The notes under the pieces are model-generated. The model was not told where the DNA came from and searched no databases. It was given only the letters and a program-made list of their open reading frames with translations. Below, piece after piece: positions 15,925-22,700 of a stretch of 22,700 bases of DNA. The DNA is from Crocosphaera sp. (GTDB taxonomy: Bacteria; Cyanobacteriota; Cyanobacteriia; Cyanobacteriales; Microcystaceae): positions 1 to 22,700 of the forward strand of contig JASJEA010000140.1 in assembly GCA_030064935.1 (NCBI GenBank), written 5' to 3'. Made by a program: the position numbers and the translations under genes. Every line of letters begins with the position of its first letter. Position 1 is the first letter of the stretch.

Positions 15925-18432
15925 ATGGCTTCCATGCTGACTCTCAAAGATTTTCTCCATTCAGTTCCCATTGTTACCCCTCCTATCACTTCCCAAGAAC
16001 TATTAAACCTGTTCAAATCCCATGCAAACAGTCATGATGGCGTGGTGTTGGTTAATCAACAAGGGATTCCGTTGGGAATTATTTTTAGCCGTGATTTCTA
16101 TTTGTCACTCCTCGAACCATCCTCAATTTCTTTTGAGCAAGGTAACAACAAAGTAGCTACAAAACAACCATCTCCGTTATGGCACTGGGAAAACTGTCTA
16201 ACTCCTTTAACCCTAATTCATTGTGCTCTGAGGGTTTCTGATTTTGCCGATCGCTTAAGAACAGACTCACCATTGGCTTTAAGCCCCCCCACCTATGGAC
16301 TGGTGGATGAGCGGGGGAAATTTTTAGGATTATTAAATAGTTGGCGTATTTTACAAGGGGAGCACAAACCAGAGACGAAGCCTCCAACAGAGTTAGCTTC
16401 AGCTAAACAACTGCTCAAAGAACTCTTGGAAGAATTACCTTTGCCTGTGATGTTACAAACTAACCAGGGAGACATAATTCAACAAAATCGCGTTTGGCGA
16501 GAGCAAATTGGGGAATTAATCCCCCCAGATGATGCGACAGCTTGTCCTTTGCCTCAAGAAGCAAGCAAATTTGCCAGAACAGAAAAAGTTACTTTGCCAC
16601 AAATATCCCCAATAGAAAAGGAAAAGACAAAAGCCATGATCAACACGGCTTTTGTCCACTGGTTGAATACTAATGCTCAAACTCGTAAATTACCCTTATC
16701 AGAAGAGCCAGAAGTTATCTCTCCCTCTCTCTTCCCAGACAGATGTGACCTACAACCCCCCCCCATTGCCCATCAAAATAGGGCTTGGCAATTTATTAAA
16801 TGTCCCTTGAGAACAGATAAATTATCGATTCCTATCTCTATTTTTGTAGCCACCGATGTTACCCAACAGCAACAGCTATGTCAAGAACTGGCCGCTAAAA
16901 ATGCAGATTTAGTGCAGTTGAATCGACTCAAAGACGAATTTTTAGCCTGTATAAGTCACGAACTAAAATCTCCCTTAACGGCAGTGGTAGGGTTATCTAG
17001 CCTTCTACAAGAAAAGAAAATTGGTGAGCTTAACCCTCGTCAAATTCATTATGCTCAGTTGATTTATCGCAGTGGCCGTCAACTGATGACCTTAGTGAAT
17101 GATTTACTGGACTTGACTCGTTTAGAAACAGGACAACTCAAATTGTCCTTTCTCCCCGTCAATATTAAAAGTATTTGCGCTCGTGCCTATCATTCCATTG
17201 TGGAAAAGTATCAAAGTAAACGGGAGAGCCCTCCAGTCTTTAGTCTGGAAATCGAAGAGGGGCTACATTATATTGTGGCGGATGAGTTACGACTTCATCA
17301 AATGTTGGTGCATTTGTTGGATAATGCGATGAAATTTACCCAAACAGGGGGAGAAATTGGCTTAAAAGTCAATCGTTGGCAAGAGTGGCTGGCTTTTACC
17401 GTCTGGGATACGGGGATTGGCATTCCAGAAGAATCTCAACATCTAATTTTTCAAAAATTCCAACAATTAGAAAATCCCCTCACCCGACAGTTTGAAGGCA
17501 CTGGTTTAGGATTAGTGTTAACCCAACGTTTAGCCCGATGTCATGGGGGGGATATTTCTTTTGTCTCCAAAGTTGATCAAGGGAGTCAATTTACTCTACT
17601 GTTACCTCCTTCTCCTGATGAAAAAGAGCGCGCTGTCTATACTCAGTCTTCTCATCCACTGATCCTCATTGTAGAAGCCATCCCCCAATCCATCGAAGAT
17701 TTAAGGGATAAGTTAACCCAATTGGGATACCATGTCATCATCGCTCGCGCGGGTACCGAAGCAGTGGAAAAAGCTCGGCAATTACGCCCTCAAGCTATTT
17801 TTCTGAATCCTTTACTTCCTTTATTATCGGGATGGGATGTTTTAACCTTACTCAAATCCGATCCCCAAACTCAAAAAATCCCTGTTTTTCTCACCCAAAC
17901 CGAGAAGCATCAAATAGTACAAAAACCCACGCAAGCAGATGGGTTTATCCAAATTCCCGCCGATTCTCTCACTCTGCAGCACTGTTTAAACCCCATAAAC
18001 GCAAAAGTTAACCCAACTCAGCGCCCCTTAACCATTCTGGGTTTAATCCCTAATTGTTCTAACCAATCCCATGACAAAATCGCTCTAGAAAATAGGTTAG
18101 AATGGACTTCAATGGCACAATTATCCCAACTTAATCACCGCATACTAGAAGCAGATGACTTAGAGCAAGCGTCTCTGCTGGTGGCTGTCTGGGATATCGA
18201 TGTTGTCGTCTTGGATGGACAGTTTTTAGAAAATGGTCAAGATTATCTGCGATCGCTGGCTGATGATGTCCAACTCTCCTCATTACCCCTAGTGGTTTTG
18301 GACGTTCCCACAGCAGAATTAGCTAATCAAATCGATAATTTATCGGTTTTTCCCTGTTTGATTTCTGACAGCCAAGAGAAGATGTCAGAATTATGGCAAG
18401 TCATTTCCATTGCTGCCGAGCAGCACCAATAA
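15925..18432 (+). CDS. Sensor histidine kinase with N-terminal sensory region and two degenerate (pseudo-)receiver domains
   Basis: H-box FLACISHELKSPLTAV, N-box LLDNAMKFT, G-boxes WDTGIGI and GTGLGL. Downstream receiver-like fold LILIVEAIP...AIFLNPLLP...VFLTQ has Asn where the phospho-Asp should be. A second receiver-like segment spans aa 724-835. The track start is TTG 15862, and the first ATG is 15925. Confidence 0.88.
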   Translation: MASMLTLKDFLHSVPIVTPPITSQELLNLFKSHANSHDGVVLVNQQGIPLGIIFSRDFYLSLLEPSSISFEQGNNKVATKQPSPLWHWENCLTPLTLIHCALRVSDFADRLRTDSPLALSPPTYGLVDERGKFLGLLNSWRILQGEHKPETKPPTELASAKQLLKELLEELPLPVMLQTNQGDIIQQNRVWREQIGELIPPDDATACPLPQEASKFARTEKVTLPQISPIEKEKTKAMINTAFVHWLNTNAQTRKLPLSEEPEVISPSLFPDRCDLQPPPIAHQNRAWQFIKCPLRTDKLSIPISIFVATDVTQQQQLCQELAAKNADLVQLNRLKDEFLACISHELKSPLTAVVGLSSLLQEKKIGELNPRQIHYAQLIYRSGRQLMTLVNDLLDLTRLETGQLKLSFLPVNIKSICARAYHSIVEKYQSKRESPPVFSLEIEEGLHYIVADELRLHQMLVHLLDNAMKFTQTGGEIGLKVNRWQEWLAFTVWDTGIGIPEESQHLIFQKFQQLENPLTRQFEGTGLGLVLTQRLARCHGGDISFVSKVDQGSQFTLLLPPSPDEKERAVYTQSSHPLILIVEAIPQSIEDLRDKLTQLGYHVIIARAGTEAVEKARQLRPQAIFLNPLLPLLSGWDVLTLLKSDPQTQKIPVFLTQTEKHQIVQKPTQADGFIQIPADSLTLQHCLNPINAKVNPTQRPLTILGLIPNCSNQSHDKIALENRLEWTSMAQLSQLNHRILEADDLEQASLLVAVWDIDVVVLDGQFLENGQDYLRSLADDVQLSSLPLVVLDVPTAELANQIDNLSVFPCLISDSQEKMSELWQVISIAAEQHQ
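18249..18256. repeat. HIP1 octamer GCGATCGC
   Basis: Direct read, within the histidine kinase gene. Confidence 0.95.
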
Positions 18433-18465
18433 AACCGAATCCTCGTTCATAGAAAGAAAACATCA

Positions 18466-18547
18466 TGCGGATGGCGAGACTTGAACTCGCATGGCATAAG
18501 CCACACGCCCCTCAAGCGTGCGTGTCTACCGATTCCACCACATCCGC
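18466..18547 (-). tRNA. tRNA-Leu (anticodon GAG), type II with long variable arm, CCA not encoded
   Basis: Hand-folded reverse complement: acceptor GCGGATG/CATCCGC, D-arm GTG-GAATCGGTAGA-CAC, anticodon stem CACGC/GCGTG with loop TTGAGGG, variable arm TGGCTTATGCCAT, T-arm GCGAG-TTCAAGT-CTCGC, discriminator A. Confidence 0.93.
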
Positions 18548-18561
18548 GCTTGGCAAATCTC

Positions 18562-18567
18562 ATTGTA
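18562..18567 (-). promoter_or_regulatory. Possible -10 box (TACAAT) for tRNA-Leu
   Basis: The minus strand reads TACAAT about 15 nt upstream of the mature tRNA 5' end. The -35 is poor (TTCTAA-like). Confidence 0.3.
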
Positions 18568-18773
18568 ACACAAAATCAGGGTAATTTAGAATTAATAATC
18601 TAGAATTAAGAGTTAAATATTTTTTCTTCTCAATTTGTCCCACCTCTGCCCCCTCTGCACCTCTGCTCCCCTACTTTAACTAAAAATTATTGCCAAACCG
18701 ACAGCCTATTAGGGGACATTTTTCCAAGAAGCAAGATATAATTTGTTACAAAAGCGTTAATAAAGTTTGCCAA

Positions 18774-19094
18774 ATGAGTAATCCTGTTCTTCATGCCTTC
18801 TTTCTAGGTAGAGCCTTTGCTGAAGTGTTCAGTGAAAAAGTAGAAGAGTCCTTGACTAATGCCTTGAGCGAGTTAGGAAAATTTGATGCTGAACAAAGGG
18901 AGCATCTACGTCAGTTTATGGAAGAAGTAGAAGCCAGAGCCCAACGAGAGGTCAACCAAGATGCCAGCAGCAGTACAACCTATCCTAGTAATAACGGTTC
19001 TTCTGTAGACTTACAAGAAACAATTGACGATTTAAGGGCTGAAATCGCCCGAATGAAATCAGAATTAAAGAATTATCGGGATCAAAAAGCCTAA
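18774..19094 (+). CDS. Small conserved hypothetical protein with a C-terminal coiled coil
   Basis: 106 aa from ATG 18774 ([25 protein letters not shown]...). Charged helical content and a heptad-like C-terminus ([22 protein letters not shown]). The TTG 18690 extension in the track looks spurious. I do not recognise a function. Confidence 0.6.
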   Translation: MSNPVLHAFFLGRAFAEVFSEKVEESLTNALSELGKFDAEQREHLRQFMEEVEARAQREVNQDASSSTTYPSNNGSSVDLQETIDDLRAEIARMKSELKNYRDQKA

Positions 19095-19157
19095 TTCTTT
19101 TTTTATCTCTTAAAATATATCTATAAGCCCAAGTTAATATAACCCCCAAAAAAGCGA

Positions 19158-20912
19158 GTGTCTGCCCTCTCATCAAAAGCCAAATCTTCCTTAGTGAGCA
19201 AAAATAGTGCTTCTGTCCCCAGAAGTATCAGCCAATTAGAAACGGCTGAAAAATACCGTTGGAACCGAGAAAACTACTCTATTAATCGCCGTCGTTTAGA
19301 TATCTGGCGGTTCGTTCTTTCCTTGTTGTTTAGATTTTGGCGTAATGGGAAAAAATGGAGCTATAAAGGCGGCTTTAGTGAGGAAAAATTAGCCGCAAGA
19401 CGCAAAATACAAGCAGCATGGATACGGGAAAATTTGTTAAACTTGGGACCGACCTTTATTAAGGTTGGCCAACTGTTCTCAACCCGTGCTGACTTATTCC
19501 CCATCGAATATGTAGAAGAGCTCTCAAAACTGCAAGACGAAGTTCCCGCTTTTACCTACGAACAGGTGAGCAAAATCATTGAAAAAGACCTAGGAAAACC
19601 TTTATCTAGGCTATTTCGCAATTTTGATCCCGCTCCCATCGCTGCAGCGAGTTTAGGTCAAGTTCACAAAGCTAAACTCCACTCAGGAGAGGAAGTGGTG
19701 GTTAAGATACAACGGCCTGGCCTCAAGCAACTGTTTACCATTGATTTAGCTATCCTGAAAAAGATAGCTTATTATTTCCAAAATCATCCAAAATGGGGAA
19801 AAGGAAGGGACTGGATTGGTATTTACGAAGAATGTTGTAAAATTCTTTGGCTGGAAACCGATTATCTCAACGAAGGGCAAAATGCGGACACCTTCCGCCG
19901 CAACTTTCGAGGAGAAGACTGGGTAAAAGTGCCAAGGGTTTACTGGCGTTATACCTCTCCTAGGGTTCTGACGTTAGAGTATATGCCAGGGATTAAAATT
20001 AGTCATTATGAAGGATTGGAAGCAGCAGGTTTAGATCGCAAGTTATTGGCCAAGTTGGGAGCGAAAGCCTATTTATGTCAACTCCTCAATGACGGCTTTT
20101 TCCATGCCGATCCCCACCCAGGTAATATTGCCGTGGATACTGATGGTTCCTTGATTTTTTACGATTTTGGTATGATGGGCCGCATCAATACCAATGTCAA
20201 GGAAAAACTGATGGACACCCTCTTTGGCATTGTCCAAAAAGACGGCGAGCGTGTGGTTTCTTCTTTGGTGGCGTTGGGTGCGTTGAGTGCCACGGATGAT
20301 ATGGGAGCGGTGCGTCGTTCCGTGCAGTTCATGTTAGATAACTTCATGGACAAACCGTTTGAGGAACAATCCATTGCTGAAATTAGCGATGATTTATACG
20401 AAATCGCCTATGATCAGCCTTTTCGTTTCCCTGCAACTTTTACCTTTGTCATGCGGGCTTTTTCCACCTTAGAAGGGGTAGGAAAGGGGTTAGATCCCAA
20501 TTTCAATTTTATGGAAGTAGCTCAGCCCTTTGCTTTGGAATTAGTATCCGATATGGATGGCAGTACAGGTAATACCATCATCGATGAGATTACTCGTCAA
20601 GCGAGTCAAGTTGGGAATACCGCCTTAAGTTTACCGCGACGCATTGACGACACGATTGAGAAGTTGGATCGGGGTGACATTCGCCTACGAGTACGTTCGG
20701 TGGAATCGGATCGTTTGCTGCGTCGTCTGGGAATGATGCAAATGGCTACTAATTATAGTCTCTTTATCAGTGCATTGGTCATCTGTGGAACCCTTTTATT
20801 CGTCAATGGTTATGTCAAATTAGCTGTCATTGTCCTTATCTTGTCTTTAATTCCAGCATGGACATTGATCCGTCTCCTGCGTCGTATCAATCGTTTAGAC
20901 AAAATGTTTTAA
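19158..20912 (+). CDS. ABC1/UbiB-family atypical protein kinase with two C-terminal TM helices
   Basis: 584 aa, GTG start. ABC1 motifs: [36 protein letters not shown]. Hydrophobic C-terminal tail ([34 protein letters not shown]). Confidence 0.88.
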   Translation: MSALSSKAKSSLVSKNSASVPRSISQLETAEKYRWNRENYSINRRRLDIWRFVLSLLFRFWRNGKKWSYKGGFSEEKLAARRKIQAAWIRENLLNLGPTFIKVGQLFSTRADLFPIEYVEELSKLQDEVPAFTYEQVSKIIEKDLGKPLSRLFRNFDPAPIAAASLGQVHKAKLHSGEEVVVKIQRPGLKQLFTIDLAILKKIAYYFQNHPKWGKGRDWIGIYEECCKILWLETDYLNEGQNADTFRRNFRGEDWVKVPRVYWRYTSPRVLTLEYMPGIKISHYEGLEAAGLDRKLLAKLGAKAYLCQLLNDGFFHADPHPGNIAVDTDGSLIFYDFGMMGRINTNVKEKLMDTLFGIVQKDGERVVSSLVALGALSATDDMGAVRRSVQFMLDNFMDKPFEEQSIAEISDDLYEIAYDQPFRFPATFTFVMRAFSTLEGVGKGLDPNFNFMEVAQPFALELVSDMDGSTGNTIIDEITRQASQVGNTALSLPRRIDDTIEKLDRGDIRLRVRSVESDRLLRRLGMMQMATNYSLFISALVICGTLLFVNGYVKLAVIVLILSLIPAWTLIRLLRRINRLDKMF

Positions 20913-21938
20913 GGTGATTAATTCCACTGGCTTGACTGTTTTTTCTTCTGTGATAATTCCTGTAATTAACTCAGCAGGGGTAACATCAAAAGCCGGGTTA
21001 TAATAATCAACCCCATCTGGATAAATAACCGTATTTCCCACTTGATAAAGTTCTGAAGCATCTCTTTCTTCAATGGGAATCAATTGCCCCGTTTCTAGAC
21101 TAAAGTCTACCGTAGAAAGAGGTGCCGCAACATAAAAAGGCACTTGGTGCATTTTGGCAATAACTGCTAAACCATAAGTTCCAATTTTATTGGCAGCATC
21201 TCCATTGGCTGCAATTCTGTCGGCCCCCACAACTACCATATCAATTAATCCTTTTTGCATACAATGGGCCGCCATATTATCACTAATGACAGTGACGGGA
21301 ATCTTCTCCTGAACACATTCCCAGGCGGTTAATTTTGCTCCTTGTAAACGGGGTCTAGTTTCATCTGCATAGACTCTTTTGAGTCTTCCGGCTGTCCAAG
21401 CAGAACGAATCACCCCTAAAGCAGTACCATAGCCAGCTGTGGCTAATGCTCCAGCATTACAATGGGTGAGAATTGTCAGTTTGTCGGGATGACTGGGTAA
21501 TATAGATAAACTATTTTTACCAATTGCTTGACAAGTTTGTAAATCTTCCTCTTGAATTTTTTTGGCAGTTTCTAATAAAATGGCTGTGATTTCTTCTATT
21601 GTGCCAATAGTTTCATAAGCTGTTTTTAACATTCGAGAAATTGCCCAAAATAGATTCACTGCTGTGGGACGAGTTTGACGTAAGGTTTCCGCAACTTCTT
21701 CTAAACTTTTTAAGAAGGTTTCTCTGTCTTTTGTATTAATTTCTCTCGCCCCTAAATAGATACCATAAGCAGCAGCAACTCCAATGGCTGGCGCACCTCG
21801 AACAATCATAGTTTTAATGGCTTTGGCCATGTCTTCATAACGACTAATTTCTACTAGGGTATATTGACTGGGTAAACAAGTTTGATCAATTAATAAAACT
21901 TTGTTGTTGGACCACACAACTGGATAAATTGTACTCAT
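20895..21938 (-). CDS. mtnA: S-methyl-5-thioribose-1-phosphate isomerase (methionine salvage)
   Basis: 347 aa with eIF-2B-like/MtnA motifs: [71 protein letters not shown]. Confidence 0.9.
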   Translation of the reverse strand: MSTIYPVVWSNNKVLLIDQTCLPSQYTLVEISRYEDMAKAIKTMIVRGAPAIGVAAAYGIYLGAREINTKDRETFLKSLEEVAETLRQTRPTAVNLFWAISRMLKTAYETIGTIEEITAILLETAKKIQEEDLQTCQAIGKNSLSILPSHPDKLTILTHCNAGALATAGYGTALGVIRSAWTAGRLKRVYADETRPRLQGAKLTAWECVQEKIPVTVISDNMAAHCMQKGLIDMVVVGADRIAANGDAANKIGTYGLAVIAKMHQVPFYVAAPLSTVDFSLETGQLIPIEERDASELYQVGNTVIYPDGVDYYNPAFDVTPAELITGIITEEKTVKPVELITLKHFV

Positions 21939-22379
21939 AATTGTCTTGAGGATAGATAATAAAACTAACTATAATTGTCTTAACCTCATTCTGTCACAGT
22001 TGAGTCCTCTGGAGTAGCTTATTATGATAATGATTCAATAGTTTAATAATATCTATATTTCGTTATTTATTGTTACAAAAAATATCTACCCATATTTTAC
22101 TTTTATTTCCACATGAATTCCCAGTTTTTCCACAACTTATTTCACAAGGCATTTTCGAGCAGATAATGATAAAATTAACTCTCATTCATGATTTCTCATC
22201 ATTTTTTGATTTTTTGTTAATAACATTTGGGGAAAATATGCAAAAATTTCCTCCTAATTGTGGGTAAGAAAATTAGGATTTTTATGTTATAATTAAGGTA
22301 CGGTTAAAAAAATCATATTATTCATGAAACAATAATTAAAGCCAATAATAAGCTTTCTACTAGGTCAGACATAAAACAC

Positions 22380-22395
22380 TGTTACAGTGGTAACA
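22380..22395. promoter_or_regulatory. Inverted repeat TGTTAC-N4-GTAACA, possible operator
   Basis: Direct read of tgttacagtggtaaca. More GTTAC half-sites lie nearby (tgtgttacttg at about 22411, gggttactg at about 22506). It sits in a roughly 600-bp AT-rich non-coding stretch. Confidence 0.25.
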
Positions 22396-22541
22396 TTTTT
22401 GTTTAATTTCTGTGTTACTTGTAATAGTGGGACTTTGAAAAAAATGAAGGCTTTCAACCATTTTTAGCCCGGAAAAGTGACAAGGTCCCAATAGTATAAA
22501 AACACGGGTTACTGTTCATACATTAAAATATCGTCTATCCA

Positions 22542-22700
22542 ATGAATAAATCTGTTAACTCTATCTCAAAGGTCAATACCAATCAATATAAAAAATATAC
22601 AAAAAGAAGAAGTAATCAAACTGTAAATAGTAGAAAAAAAAATTATAAACATAAAAATATTGTTGATCAAATTCGTGAACGTCGTCCTGTTCCTAACCCT
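22542..22700 (+). CDS. Possible 5' end of an ORF running off the window (very basic N-terminus); strand ambiguous
   Basis: ATG at 22542 opens 53 codons to the window end (MNKSVNSISKVNTNQYKKYTKRRSNQ...). The opposite strand is also open across about 22554..22700 and encodes a hydrophobic tail. AT-richness keeps both frames open. Confidence 0.2.
   Translation, partial: MNKSVNSISKVNTNQYKKYTKRRSNQTVNSRKKNYKHKNIVDQIRERRPVPNP

Noticed and set aside
16157-16475. Two minus-strand ORFs (76 and 60 aa) inside the histidine kinase gene
   Set aside because: They are antisense shadow ORFs with no motifs.
18466-18547. tRNA-Leu as an attachment site for a genomic island
   Set aside because: I saw no integrase nearby and no second copy of the tRNA 3' end anywhere in the window. 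The AT-rich block lies 4.5 kb away, separated by native-looking genes.
18985-19176. 63-aa minus-strand ORF spanning the end of the small coiled-coil gene and the ABC1 kinase start
   Set aside because: It overlaps two better-supported plus-strand genes and an intergenic region, and has no motifs.
20159-20374. 71-aa minus-strand ORF inside the ABC1 kinase gene
   Set aside because: It is an antisense shadow ORF.
22070-22267. 65-aa plus-strand ORF (TTG start) in the AT-rich region after mtnA
   Set aside because: It has a non-ATG start, a Phe/Leu/Ile-rich composition typical of random AT-rich DNA, and no RBS or motifs. It stays only as part of the non-coding-region finding.
22380-22395. The TGTTAC-N4-GTAACA palindrome as an NtcA (GTA-N8-TAC) or CRP-type (TGTGA-N6-TCACA) site
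   Set aside because: The spacing and half-site sequence match neither consensus, so I report it only as an unassigned inverted repeat.
1-22700. CRISPR array, cas genes, transposases, IS inverted repeats, rRNA
   Set aside because: I found no regularly spaced 25-40-bp direct repeats. The only tandem repeats are the 7-bp array at 1..28 and the 54-bp coding repeat in the MCP. No ORF shows transposase, integrase or Cas motifs.

Overview
Chromosomal window from a cyanobacterium, shown by five HIP1 octamers (GCGATCGC), a GGGGAAT heptamer repeat and the gene content. A unicellular Chroococcales-type genome is a guess. Most of it is recognisable. There is a pixG-pixH-pixI-pixJ-like phototaxis operon (PatA-type regulator, CheY, CheW, five-GAF soluble MCP) on the minus strand. 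Other genes are dusA, rsmH, a DUF4168-like lipoprotein, a sensor histidine kinase with two degenerate receiver domains, tRNA-Leu(GAG), a small coiled-coil protein, an ABC1/UbiB-family kinase and mtnA. The part housekeeping biology does not explain is a tightly packed, very AT-rich, HIP1-free three-gene block at 7507..13954 (minus strand), wedged between the 3' ends of dusA and rsmH. It encodes an AAA_35/STAND-like NTPase with a helical N-domain, a paralogous NTPase joined by one TM helix to about 14-16 WD40 blades, and an orphan lipoprotein solute-binding protein with no ABC permease or ATPase. I propose this as a candidate uncharacterised envelope-spanning NTPase signalling or conflict module, but only from domain motifs, topology logic and composition. 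I could run no homology or synteny searches. A second AT-rich, largely non-coding stretch starts after mtnA (21939..22700). I saw no CRISPR array, transposase, integrase or rRNA.
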